Positions 1 through 7,958 of a DNA stretch of 42,031 nucleotides are shown here, one piece after another. Every line of letters begins with the position of its first letter. Position 1 is the first letter of the stretch. The stretch lies in the IMG/VR virus record IMGVR_UViG_3300045988_162879. One strand, written 5' to 3'. The translations under genes and the position numbers were made by a program. The notes under the pieces were generated by a model. That model saw only the letters and a program-made list of their open reading frames with translations. It searched no databases and had not been told where the DNA came from. The DNA is from a virus.

Positions 1-83
1 AAGTGTTATAAAAGAGATAGTCGGACACAAATCAGCTCAATCGTTTACAGAAAGAGTTTACACTCATATTTATTTAAAGACAA
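1..83. repeat. Left copy of an 83-bp exact terminal overlap (identical to 41949..42031)
   Basis: Base-by-base comparison of both window ends. The repeat lies inside the int reading frame. Confidence 0.95.
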
Positions 84-115
84 AAATTGATGCAGTAAAT
101 ACAATTCATACATAG
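1..115 (+). CDS. int: Tyrosine integrase, C-terminal end (continues the ORF that runs off the right end of the window)
   Basis: The frame beginning at nt 2 continues the 41029..42031 ORF through the 83-bp end overlap. It reads ..SVIKEIVGHKSAQSFTERVYTHIYLKTKIDAVNTIHT, then TAG at 113..115. It contains the conserved His and catalytic Tyr (RVYTH) of tyrosine recombinases. Confidence 0.9.
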   Translation, partial: SVIKEIVGHKSAQSFTERVYTHIYLKTKIDAVNTIHT

Positions 116-121
116 AATATT

Positions 122-154
122 TGTTACCAACCTGCTACCAACTTGTTACCAACC
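122..154 (+). repeat. Three tandem 11-bp repeats, candidate integrase arm-type sites (P arm)
   Basis: TGTTACCAACC / TGCTACCAACT / TGTTACCAACC are head to tail, one helical turn apart, immediately downstream of the int stop. Confidence 0.6.
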
Positions 155-195
155 GTGGTACAGTATGTAGTAGTGAGTAGTACGCAAACATAAGT

Positions 196-230
196 AAAAC
201 CCCACATAGTTAGGTACTATGTAGGGTTTT
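196..230 (-). terminator. Stem-loop with flanking A/T runs; terminator-like, better on the minus-strand RNA
   Basis: CCCCACATAGT-taggt-ACTATGTAGGG is flanked by AAAA and TTTT. The single C.A mismatch on the plus strand becomes a G.U wobble on the minus strand. It follows the ..CTCCACCA motif on the minus strand. Confidence 0.55.
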
Positions 231-236
231 AATATT

Positions 237-260
237 TGGTGGAGATGGCGGTAATCGCTC
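237..260 (-). other. tRNA/tmRNA 3'-end-like segment (attP core candidate 1)
   Basis: The minus strand reads CGATTACCGCCATCTCCACCA. This matches the end of a T-loop (CGATT), a T-stem 3' strand, a 7-nt acceptor 3' strand, discriminator A and an encoded CCA, followed by a terminator. No matching 5' half or cloverleaf lies upstream. Confidence 0.5.
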
Positions 261-295
261 GGCTCGCTTCTGCGCTCGCCGACACGCCGCGCCTA

Positions 296-318
296 AAAAC
301 AGTCCACCGGACTGTTTT
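296..318. terminator. Perfect 10-bp hairpin, AAAACAGTCC-acc-GGACTGTTTT (bidirectional terminator-like)
   Basis: Inverted repeat read directly. The A-run and T-run are part of the stem. Confidence 0.45.
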
Positions 319-349
319 CTTAACGGCTGTTTCGATTACATTCCACAAC

Positions 350-380
350 AAAAATATAAGAGTACCACAAGGGTACTCTT
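350..380 (-). terminator. Stem-loop plus T-run on the minus strand, downstream of the second ..CTCCACCA motif
   Basis: AAGAGTACC-acaag-GGTACTCTT forms 9 bp. The minus strand continues ATATTTTTGTTG. Confidence 0.5.
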
Positions 381-386
381 AATTTT

Positions 387-405
387 TGGTGGAGTATGTG
401 GGAGT
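387..405 (-). other. Second tRNA-3'-end-like segment (attP core candidate 2)
   Basis: The minus strand reads CTCCCACATACTCCACCA. It shares the 16-mer CTCCACCAAAWATTAA with candidate 1, which extends past the CCA. Confidence 0.4.
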
Positions 406-436
406 TTTGTTTATTTACAATGAAAACAAATAAAAT

Positions 437-458
437 TGTTACCGATTAGTTGCCAACT
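437..458 (+). repeat. Two further 11-bp units related to the arm-type repeat (P' arm candidate)
   Basis: TGTTACCGATT and AGTTGCCAACT, compared with the consensus TGYTACCAACY at 122..154. Confidence 0.45.
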
Positions 459-483
459 CTATAATACCAAGCAGTCATTTTCA

Positions 484-1389
484 CTATCTATTAGTGATTA
501 CATCTGTTCCGAGTGAAGGCTCCGTAGACAATTCTTTAAATGGTATTTTGCACTCAATTGATTCAATTTCTTTCATCTCATCATCACCGAATTCCGGTCC
601 TAAAATCACTTTACTAATACATTCTTTATCAATAGTCAAGTCAAAATAGGCACTTCCATCTTGGCATTTATTTATTGTCTTTCCAAAATCACTGTCTTTA
701 TTTGTTGAAAGAAGCGCTCTTATTTCTTTTTCTTCATGCCAAAACTCATGTTTAAAATATGGCGCTGTCGAATCAATTTTCTTTAACAAATTCAGCACAG
801 GAAAAACGAAGCATTTTTTCAAATCAACCTTCAAATTAAGTTCTTTAACAATTATCGGTTTAACAATACTTTGTTTTTGGTCTGCATCATTTGATAATTT
901 TTTAAACTCTTCTGAATATTCCTGCACATATTTTTCTATTAAAGCATCAATATGCTGGAAACCATATGCAACTTTTTGGTAACATTTTATATCAAATCCT
1001 TTAACTAAATTTAATAAATCAACAAAATGTTTTTTATTAAATTCAATACAAACTCCATTATATTTTGAAGCTTGACGGTCTTTTCTATGCATCGTGTATG
1101 CATCCCACAATAAACGTGAATCTTTCTTTTCAGTAAAACATACAACTAAATTATAACGGCTGCTTTCGTATTTGTTGTACTTTACAATATCAAAAAAAGC
1201 CTTTTTTTCTATCTCTAAATTACAATTTTTTTCTATTTCGCATTCTGCCATTTCAAGTAAATTTTGATATAATTTAACAGTATCTAATTTATCATTTGAA
1301 CATGTGCTTTCTTTAAAGCGTAATGTGCCATTTTGAAGTATCAATTTAAAAGTATTAAAATCAGTGTAATAATACATTCTTTCGCCCAT
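484..1389 (-). CDS. DUF2971-like protein; stand-alone moron next to attP, function unknown
   Basis: Start moved to MGERMYYY (ATG 1389), 7 nt after AAGGAG. Motifs read by eye: MYYYTDFNTFKLILQNGTLRFKESTCSNDKLD, LVVCFTEKKDSRLLWDAYT, NGVCIEFNKKHF, FKHEFWHEEKEIRAL, VILGPEF. Confidence 0.75.
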   Translation of the reverse strand: MGERMYYYTDFNTFKLILQNGTLRFKESTCSNDKLDTVKLYQNLLEMAECEIEKNCNLEIEKKAFFDIVKYNKYESSRYNLVVCFTEKKDSRLLWDAYTMHRKDRQASKYNGVCIEFNKKHFVDLLNLVKGFDIKCYQKVAYGFQHIDALIEKYVQEYSEEFKKLSNDADQKQSIVKPIIVKELNLKVDLKKCFVFPVLNLLKKIDSTAPYFKHEFWHEEKEIRALLSTNKDSDFGKTINKCQDGSAYFDLTIDKECISKVILGPEFGDDEMKEIESIECKIPFKELSTEPSLGTDVITNR

Positions 1390-1417
1390 ACAATATCTCC
1401 TTAAAAGTGATAAAAGC

Positions 1418-1446
1418 ATTGTAGCACAATATCCTAATATTATCAA
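1418..1446 (-). promoter_or_regulatory. Sigma-70-type promoter for the DUF2971-like gene
   Basis: The minus strand reads TTGATA (1446..1441), a 17-nt spacer, then TACAAT (1423..1418). The RBS and ATG lie about 30 nt downstream. Confidence 0.6.
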
Positions 1447-1447
1447 C

Positions 1448-1489
1448 ATAAAAGCAAAACGCCCTCGGCATAGGTGACCGAGGGCGTTT
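1448..1489 (-). terminator. Intrinsic terminator ending the tail/lysis operon
   Basis: A 12-bp perfect stem, AAACGCCCTCGG..CCGAGGGCGTTT (1457..1489), is followed on the minus strand by TGCTTTTAT, about 80 nt after the lysin stop. Confidence 0.75.
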
Positions 1490-1567
1490 CATAATGCGCT
1501 GTGTACCGGTAATAGGATACCTGTGACACAATTGTATTTTAACTTTTACATTCTGTTTTGTCAATAT

Positions 1568-2959
1568 TTATTTTATATTACTTGAATTGATATATGCTAC
1601 TCTGCCGGTCTTAACAACCTTAACCATATCAACGCTTGCGCTGATATGCTTTTGAACGATAATTTCAGTTTTCGGCAAATACTCGAATTTAATTCCTGTA
1701 AGTTTTTTATTTTTGTAAAGGTAAGTTTTGCCTTTCAATCGGTAGTGCTTGCCGACGGTTGTTTTATATGTTACCTTTTTTGGCTTATCGGCGACAACTT
1801 TAGTTGTTGAAAGATACGCACTACTCACCCAACCCTTAGCCGGAGATGAAATATAAGACCACGAACCACTGACCTTTGTAACAGTCACCTTTGTGCCTTT
1901 TTTGAGCCGAGTTAATACCTTTGATGATTTATCGGCTTTTGCTCTGACATTAAGCGACTGTGATTTTGTTGCCACATACTTTGTAACTGATTTTTTAGTT
2001 TTAGTTGTTTTCTTAACATAATCGTTAGAAAAAATCCAATAATTAACGGTATTGCCGTACTTTTTGAAATTTTTCTTGCTGACGAAAACAGTGTTGCCGC
2101 TAAGCTTAGCACCTGCTACTTTTCTGCTCGGTGTATCAAATTTGCCGATGTAAGAATAAGGGTCGTAAACAGATATAGTGCCGCCGTTGTAACCAACAAG
2201 CACAATGTAGTGGCCGGAGGTTGTAAATAAGCCGTAATTACAGGAAGTGACAATAAAGTAATCAGATACGCCGTCCTTGTTCTTATCCTTTTTCAAATAG
2301 TTTAAAGCTTTATCAACATTAGAGGTCGTCGCATATTCATTAAAATTAAAATAGTCGGCAACAAAAGACCACGCCGACCAAGCAGTACCGTTTGACTTAG
2401 TTCGATAACCATTGTCAACAAAAAGTTTTGCCATTGTTGCAGGCAAAATAGCACCTTTTGAAGAACTTACAACCATTGCCGCCGAAGTCGGACCGCAGCC
2501 GCTCGATTTAATCGTTTGCGTTTTATTTTTTGAGCTTGTATAAGGTGTATTCGCCCACCTGCTGTCAGCCTGATTATAATATGTAAGACCGGTGCAAGTA
2601 CCGAGAAGAACTTTACCTTTGCCAGTGTTAGTACCGTCATAGGAAATATTCTCTTGTTCAATGACTGCATCCTGCTCAATCAAGCTTTCATCAACAACAG
2701 TGCTTTCGTCTTTAGGCTTTGCGATAATAAGCTCATCAGTGCCGACATCTTCGCCGTTTTCAACTTCATCCTTTGTTTTCTCGGCTTCTGTCTTAACATC
2801 AGCAGAAATAGTAACTTCGGGTTCGGTTGTTTGAACTTTGGTAGTCGTTTCTGTCGGCTTCGTTGTTTTTTCAATATCAAAATCATTACAACCGCAAAAG
2901 ATTGTAATAATCAAGAGTAATGACATAATCACGGACATTATAGATTTATTTCTTTTCAT
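1568..2959 (-). CDS. Secreted or lipoprotein-type peptidoglycan hydrolase candidate: signal peptide, C39-like cysteine peptidase and SH3b-like domain (endolysin position)
   Basis: The N-terminus is MKRNKSIMSVIMSLLLIITIFCGC, with a T/E/P-rich linker. YYNQADSRW..SSGCGPTSAAMVV and SGHYIVLVGY form a Cys/His pair. The C-terminus is LNVRAKADKSSKVLTRLKKGTKVTV..GWVSSAYL. The gene overlaps the holin stop by 14 nt. RBS is GAGGTGA. Confidence 0.7.
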   Translation of the reverse strand: MKRNKSIMSVIMSLLLIITIFCGCNDFDIEKTTKPTETTTKVQTTEPEVTISADVKTEAEKTKDEVENGEDVGTDELIIAKPKDESTVVDESLIEQDAVIEQENISYDGTNTGKGKVLLGTCTGLTYYNQADSRWANTPYTSSKNKTQTIKSSGCGPTSAAMVVSSSKGAILPATMAKLFVDNGYRTKSNGTAWSAWSFVADYFNFNEYATTSNVDKALNYLKKDKNKDGVSDYFIVTSCNYGLFTTSGHYIVLVGYNGGTISVYDPYSYIGKFDTPSRKVAGAKLSGNTVFVSKKNFKKYGNTVNYWIFSNDYVKKTTKTKKSVTKYVATKSQSLNVRAKADKSSKVLTRLKKGTKVTVTKVSGSWSYISSPAKGWVSSAYLSTTKVVADKPKKVTYKTTVGKHYRLKGKTYLYKNKKLTGIKFEYLPKTEIIVQKHISASVDMVKVVKTGRVAYINSSNIK

Positions 2960-3302
2960 TGTGCTTCACCTCTTTCTCAATTTCTAAAAATGATTTAATT
3001 GCGTTTTTTACAGATTCAAACACTCTTTTAAAAAGCTTATCATATCCGTACATAGCGCCATAAGCAATGAAGAACGAGCCTACAATTGCGCCGACAATGA
3101 TATACCAAACAAGCTTGAACGGTACAATCTGACTTGCCGCAATGACTGTAACAAGCGTTAAGAATAACGATACGCCGAATACAATCAAATTATAAATGAT
3201 ATTTTCCTTATCCTTAAATACGGATTTGATGATTTCTGTAATAATTTGCACGGCTAAAATAAGCAGTGCAACGATAATAAGCGATATACATAATGTTTTC
3301 AT
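2946..3302 (-). CDS. Holin candidate (3 predicted TM helices, charged C-terminus)
   Basis: 118 aa with hydrophobic segments LCISLIIVALLILAVQII, LIVFGVSLFLTLVTVIAA and VWYIIVGAIVGSFFIAYGA, then a K/E-rich tail. It has an ATGA overlap with the upstream gene and lies immediately 5' of the lysin. Confidence 0.65.
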   Translation of the reverse strand: MKTLCISLIIVALLILAVQIITEIIKSVFKDKENIIYNLIVFGVSLFLTLVTVIAASQIVPFKLVWYIIVGAIVGSFFIAYGAMYGYDKLFKRVFESVKNAIKSFLEIEKEVKHNEKK

Positions 3303-3607
3303 TGTTTTACCTCCTCCGCCGTTTCAGGCAGTTGCATAGTTTCGTTATAGATTTTTGTTATTGTGCCGTTACCACCAAGCGAATGATAAGCAGCATAAGC
3401 CTTTGTTAAGGCATCTTTAGCATAAATGGGGCAATATTGCCTTTGAGTGTATTTGTCGTGCTGTCTTATAATTTCTGCACGAAGCAAAGAAAGCATACCC
3501 TCTTTAATAGCGGTATTTTCTTTTCTTACACCTTTCACATATACAATAACGCCGCTTACTACTGCCGCTGTCAGTGATGATATAACTGTTGAAATAATAG
3601 TTGCCAT
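3299..3607 (-). CDS. Small N-terminally TM-anchored protein of the lysis cassette (function unknown)
   Basis: MATIISTVISSLTAAVVSGVIVYV is a TM segment, followed by a soluble part with HSLGGNG. RBS is GAGGTGA. It has a TAATG overlap with the upstream gene. Confidence 0.5.
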   Translation of the reverse strand: MATIISTVISSLTAAVVSGVIVYVKGVRKENTAIKEGMLSLLRAEIIRQHDKYTQRQYCPIYAKDALTKAYAAYHSLGGNGTITKIYNETMQLPETAEEVKQ

Positions 3608-4875
3608 TACTCTGTCACCTCGTTTTGCTCATTTGTCTGTTTGGCGGCAACAGCTTTTTCCAATGCTTCTACTTTCGCCCATAAATCGTCAATATATGAA
3701 TATACATTTTCAGCGAACTCTTTTAAAGTTTCATCGTTTGTTCCCTCATGTTCATAAGTGATATTTGATTCACTCAAATTGAGCTGTGCCGGAACAATAT
3801 TTAACGCTGATGATTTTTGGCCTGGAAAAAGTGCTAACCCATTACCCGTTGTCACTTCATTATAAATTGGATTCTTGTATTCATCTTTATTCCCTGTTGA
3901 TGCAATCAACCTATGATGACTGTGTGGAATATTGTTTAATACATTCAACGCATCTGTTAAATCATAACTGAAGTTTATGTAATTATCACAAGCGTCAACA
4001 GTCAAATCAGTATAAGCTTTTTTATCTGCATTAACAGTTAATTCAAATACAGTAATATCGAAGAACGGATTTTTATAATATCCTTTTTGGACTGTATTAT
4101 TTATTGTGGTTTCAGCGTAATTTTGAGAAATGTCACCGATATAAAGAACATCTGTAACATTCTTCTCCACATCAAAAAGGAGCTTGATAATATCACCTTT
4201 ATTTACCTTTAGTGTGAAAGGTGTGAAGTCAGTTATGCCCGGAAAGCCAATTAACATATCACCGCTTTCGGCAATATCGTATCTGCCTGAAGCAGTTATG
4301 GGCGTTGACATGTCTGATTTTTTCAAAACAGTTGAACCGTTATTGAGCGAAAGCATTGTTTTGGTTCTGTTAAAACTTAAACCGTTGTCAGCAGTAAAAC
4401 TGTGTTGACGGTTGCCGAGTGCAGAATTTACTGTATCAAGTTCATATCGTAATTCTTTTTCCGTAACTCCATAATAATCCGTCCAATTGTCATTAACTTT
4501 TTCAGAGATGCAGTCAATGCAATAACAGCCGTAACCTGTTTGGATATTTACTGTTTTGTCCTCTTTGCCCTCTTCGTTCACTGTTCCCTTTAAAAACAGC
4601 AAATTACCTTTATCAAGTTTAAACTTTTCAACACCGTTATATGTTACAGAAGTTGCATCACTCGCTTCATATCCGCCGTCTGTAATCTCTGTAAGTTCAA
4701 GCGTTCCGGAACATAGTGTTCGTGGTAGATTTTGAAGTGCGGTGTAGTCGGTAACTTTGAGAATATCCTCAATGCTCTTTTGAGCTGTTTTGCCATTAAA
4801 AACGCCCAACAAGGTATCATCCTTGTTAGGCGTTCCGATTGATTTAATTATATCTTTTAATTTTTTTAGTTGCAT
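3607..4875 (-). CDS. Tail fibre-associated or distal tail protein (function unknown)
   Basis: A 422-aa ORF with RBS GGAAGGTGA, sitting between the tail fibre and the lysis cassette. No motif recognised. Confidence 0.45.
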   Translation of the reverse strand: MQLKKLKDIIKSIGTPNKDDTLLGVFNGKTAQKSIEDILKVTDYTALQNLPRTLCSGTLELTEITDGGYEASDATSVTYNGVEKFKLDKGNLLFLKGTVNEEGKEDKTVNIQTGYGCYCIDCISEKVNDNWTDYYGVTEKELRYELDTVNSALGNRQHSFTADNGLSFNRTKTMLSLNNGSTVLKKSDMSTPITASGRYDIAESGDMLIGFPGITDFTPFTLKVNKGDIIKLLFDVEKNVTDVLYIGDISQNYAETTINNTVQKGYYKNPFFDITVFELTVNADKKAYTDLTVDACDNYINFSYDLTDALNVLNNIPHSHHRLIASTGNKDEYKNPIYNEVTTGNGLALFPGQKSSALNIVPAQLNLSESNITYEHEGTNDETLKEFAENVYSYIDDLWAKVEALEKAVAAKQTNEQNEVTE

Positions 4876-4918
4876 TAAATCACCTTCCTCTTTATTTGAA
4901 CATAATTGACAATTTTTA

Positions 4919-6034
4919 TTAAATAATTCTTACTGCTTTAATGTAAGCTCTTAGTCTTGCTGAACTTATTGTTGACCTATATCCTTGATACAACCATACT
5001 TTTTTTGATTCATCGGTAATATTGCATATTCTCATGATACTACGAAGCCCTTTCCAGTCTGAATTTACATAATAATCTTCATGTTCACCATAGGCATTTT
5101 CGTTTGAATCTGAACCTATGCTCAAATAAATATTACCATCAAAGTTAGTGCCGAAAATAGGTCCAACACTTCCAATTACTATCCAAACTCCTTTTTCCAA
5201 AGTTAGCGATATTCTACCTCCACTTTGGTACGGTGCAATGGTATAATCATAATTTACATCGGATTTTATAATGCCTGTATTTCCACCTGTACCGCCGTAT
5301 TCAACAGGCAACGCCTCATTACTTGAACTAAAAATTTGCCGCCATATTACATTATGAGGGTTGTTTTTATCAAGCAAATGGTTTGAAAGCGTTGATATCG
5401 CTTTTTTCACTTTTCCCCAAAGCGTACTCGTTTTGTCGCCTGATGAAATATTTTCAAATCGGTTTGCTTCTGTAAATTTTGGTACGGCATCACTTGATGA
5501 AACATTTTCAACTTTTCCAAGTCCAACCTGTTCAGCAGTAACATTATGAGGGTTATTTGCATTTTCTGTATGTGCCTTGAACTGATTAACAGTCACGGTA
5601 TCGTATTCGCCTAATTCAACTGTTATATTATCGGTATCGGTTATGCTAACTGTAACATAACCAACATAGAGTGAGACTACACCCTGCTCTATTTTATCAA
5701 TCGTTATCGGTGTATCGTCATATGCGTATGCATATAAAAACTCATTTCCGTCCTTATCTTCAGCATAAAGACCGTATTCGCTCCAAGTAAAACTGTTGGA
5801 AATTTCAGATGTGTCAAGTTCCCATTTTAAATTTAATATATTTTGATTCGTCGTATCATCGTACGAAACAAACGGTACACTTACAACAACATTATTCAGT
5901 TCATTCATTTGTGCAAAATCATCAGGTTTCGCACCGCTTCCGAATGCAACCTTTGTAAATTTTATACTATCGCCAAAAACGGATTTGATATGCATAGCTT
6001 TACCGTTATTTGTCAACTTAAATGATGTAAACAT
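4919..6034 (-). CDS. Tail fibre protein
   Basis: The N-terminus, FKLTNNGKAMHIK..IKFTKVAFGSG, resembles a tail-collar fibre N-terminus. The fibre motif NNPHNV occurs twice (NANNPHNVTAEQVGLG and DKNNPHNV). The second ATG (6034) is preferred because the RBS GAAAGGA abuts the first ATG (6043). Confidence 0.7.
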   Translation of the reverse strand: MFTSFKLTNNGKAMHIKSVFGDSIKFTKVAFGSGAKPDDFAQMNELNNVVVSVPFVSYDDTTNQNILNLKWELDTSEISNSFTWSEYGLYAEDKDGNEFLYAYAYDDTPITIDKIEQGVVSLYVGYVTVSITDTDNITVELGEYDTVTVNQFKAHTENANNPHNVTAEQVGLGKVENVSSSDAVPKFTEANRFENISSGDKTSTLWGKVKKAISTLSNHLLDKNNPHNVIWRQIFSSSNEALPVEYGGTGGNTGIIKSDVNYDYTIAPYQSGGRISLTLEKGVWIVIGSVGPIFGTNFDGNIYLSIGSDSNENAYGEHEDYYVNSDWKGLRSIMRICNITDESKKVWLYQGYRSTISSARLRAYIKAVRII

Positions 6035-6048
6035 TTTTCTCATCCTTT

Positions 6049-6675
6049 CTATTCAAAAATATATATGTCTCCATCGTCACTGAGAAGTAAATTATCGTCA
6101 TCATCAACGCACAACACAAGCGATGCATCTTCTTGATAACTTTCAACGCTGATTATGTTAGCTTTTTCAACTTTTGTTAAAAAACCAATTTTCAAGCTTT
6201 CTTCGATTTCGGTTTTACCGTTCAATGTGTAATTTACATTCATAGGTAACCATGTATCAACAAAGTCTTTAATAATTGGAACATCAACTTTATGAATATT
6301 AAGCCATAAAACAAGCTGATAAAATTGTTCTCTGCTGGTATCAACATAAATGTTATCTTTGCCACAGTATTCTTGGAGTTTTGAAATAAATTGCGACAAG
6401 GTCATACTTGCCACTGTATTCCATTGCAACAGCACCATGTTTCTTCGATTTTCAATACTTTGGCTCGAAGTAGGAATAATCCCCAAAAGCCGCTCATATT
6501 TGGACAATACGGTTGCATCGCAATCCGAAATAAATGCTGAATCAAAATTCCAATCAACCGCTTTGTCAATACTCGAAACCTCAATATCGCCCGATTTGCA
6601 AAGCTGCTTGAATTCATAATATTCACGCAAAAACGGCGGCAAATATTCTAATAAGGTTTTGGTTTCATTATCCAT
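6049..6675 (-). CDS. XkdU/YmfQ-like (DUF2313-type) baseplate-associated tail protein
   Basis: LLEYLPPFLREYYEFKQL...SAFISDCDATVLSKYERLLGI. It has a TAATG overlap with the baseplate J gene. Confidence 0.65.
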   Translation of the reverse strand: MDNETKTLLEYLPPFLREYYEFKQLCKSGDIEVSSIDKAVDWNFDSAFISDCDATVLSKYERLLGIIPTSSQSIENRRNMVLLQWNTVASMTLSQFISKLQEYCGKDNIYVDTSREQFYQLVLWLNIHKVDVPIIKDFVDTWLPMNVNYTLNGKTEIEESLKIGFLTKVEKANIISVESYQEDASLVLCVDDDDNLLLSDDGDIYIFE

Positions 6676-7958
6676 TATGAAATCACCTCATCATTTATTT
6701 TAAGTATTCCGAGAGTGGCAACACTTATTTCATCTAAAGTAACGCTTTGACCGTTATTCAAAGTACAGGAAACATTTGTAATATAATTACTGCACTCATT
6801 ATATATAGCAGTCAAGAACTGAATTGATACAAGTTCTGTACTTTCATTTAATTCCCATTCGTTCTTATATTCTGTTAATGCACTTTTAATAACATCCTTA
6901 ACTGTGGCCTTAACATCCTCAACAGAATAGCCTTGTTTTAAAGAAACCGTAATGTCAAAATCAATATTAACAAGCTTTGCACCTTGCACATGTACGCAAT
7001 GGCCTATCGGAACTAAACCGTCACCGCCACCGTCTGCCGGGTCTAAAGTATCTTTAAGTTCTTTAATAAGTTCATCACTCGGTTTGTTCATATTACTGTC
7101 AAGAATATACACTTCAACCGTTCCGCCTGATGACAGCGTTTTATTTTTAATCGCTGACGATACGGCAGAAAGCCAATTTTTCACATCGGATGATAATGAA
7201 CTATCAACCGCAACATCGGCAATCCATTGATTAACCGCCTCATTAGGAACATACTCCGCTATACTTGAACGCATAACTTTGCAAGCACCGACTTGACGAT
7301 TTTCCTTAATTTTATTGATATAGTCCTCACGATTGCCGCCAAAGGCTTTACTTTGCAAGGAACTAAAATACCTTTCACGAAATGTTTCCACATCTTCTTC
7401 GTCAACTCCGGGAACGATAACAGCACTTTTATAAGTTTCATTGCCATTGTCATCAAGGATTTTATTACCCTTATCATCATAAAGAACTGCTCCTTGAATT
7501 TTTGCACTTTCAAGACCGTTAATTTCATCAACAGGTATAAGCGTTCCGCTTTCGAGATTACCTACAATTCCCTCCGTAAGGCAAACAATATCATAAGAAC
7601 CTGCAACATCATCACCGCCTATCACCTCAAAAGTCAATTCGTAATCTTCCGAAGTGAATCTATCGCCTACTTCAATTTCGGCGGTTGGAGGGTCTGCAAT
7701 CATACGCAGTGTTGACGGTGTTGCTTCAATCGGATATATATTTCTTTCTGCGGCTCTTTTCGCTAAATAATAATATGATGCCGTATCAGCAAATGTTTCC
7801 GTCAACACCTCATCAAGTGCCTCATAATATGTTTCAAGCTCTAATGCAATCGGAGCAAGAGCTGTATATATAACCGAACCCTCTCGCTTATCTATATCAT
7901 CATCAACATTATTTAGCATTCTTTGAATAATTGTATCAAATGTTTGATTTTCATACAT
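6675..7958 (-). CDS. Baseplate J-like protein (XkdT-like)
   Basis: 427 aa, at the conserved position between the gp25/W-like and DUF2313-like genes. The N-terminus is MYENQTFDTIIQRMLNNV..REGSVIYTALAPIALEL. Confidence 0.75.
   Translation of the reverse strand: MYENQTFDTIIQRMLNNVDDDIDKREGSVIYTALAPIALELETYYEALDEVLTETFADTASYYYLAKRAAERNIYPIEATPSTLRMIADPPTAEIEVGDRFTSEDYELTFEVIGGDDVAGSYDIVCLTEGIVGNLESGTLIPVDEINGLESAKIQGAVLYDDKGNKILDDNGNETYKSAVIVPGVDEEDVETFRERYFSSLQSKAFGGNREDYINKIKENRQVGACKVMRSSIAEYVPNEAVNQWIADVAVDSSLSSDVKNWLSAVSSAIKNKTLSSGGTVEVYILDSNMNKPSDELIKELKDTLDPADGGGDGLVPIGHCVHVQGAKLVNIDFDITVSLKQGYSVEDVKATVKDVIKSALTEYKNEWELNESTELVSIQFLTAIYNECSNYITNVSCTLNNGQSVTLDEISVATLGILKINDEVIS

Noticed and set aside
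1-83. Terminal repeat as a biological DTR/LTR or as an att duplication.
   Set aside because: It lies inside the integrase coding frame and keeps the frame continuous, so it is an assembly overlap of a circular molecule.
237-345. Possible complete minus-strand tRNA or tmRNA gene, suggested by the ..CCGCCATCTCCACCA end and the GC-rich stretch.
   Set aside because: I reverse-complemented about 110 nt upstream. It has no complementary 5' acceptor strand (GGAGATG), no GGTTCGA-type T-arm pairing, and no D or anticodon arms. Only the last ~21 nt are tRNA-like, so I treat it as an att core fragment and not as a gene.
245-382. Plus-strand 45-codon ORF (MAVIARLASALADTPRLKTVHRTVF...) starting right after GGTGGAG.
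   Set aside because: The RBS-like GGTGGAG abuts the ATG with no spacer. The ORF runs through three terminator-like hairpins. The same GGTGGAG recurs at 389 in front of a 17-codon ORF, so the motif is better explained as the complement of a ..CTCCACC(A) acceptor end.
1361-1564. 67-aa minus-strand ORF between the lysin and the DUF2971-like gene.
   Set aside because: It spans the 12-bp-stem terminator and the promoter and RBS of the downstream gene. It has no RBS of its own.
5348-5553. 14-bp DNA repeat ACATTATGAGGGTT (5348..5361 and 5540..5553) in the tail-fibre gene as a recombination or phase-variation site.
   Set aside because: Both copies simply encode the conserved fibre motif NPHNV in the same orientation. 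No invertase or flanking inverted repeats are present.
7293-7715. Long antisense ORFs in the track, for example 7293..7715 (+), 14642..15043 (+), 11774..12076 (+), 2654..2920 (+), 31928..32350 (-) and 17478..17834 (+).
   Set aside because: They lie wholly inside well-supported genes on the opposite strand or in another frame. They lack RBSs and have low-complexity, Cys/Phe/Ile-rich translations typical of shadow ORFs in AT-rich DNA.
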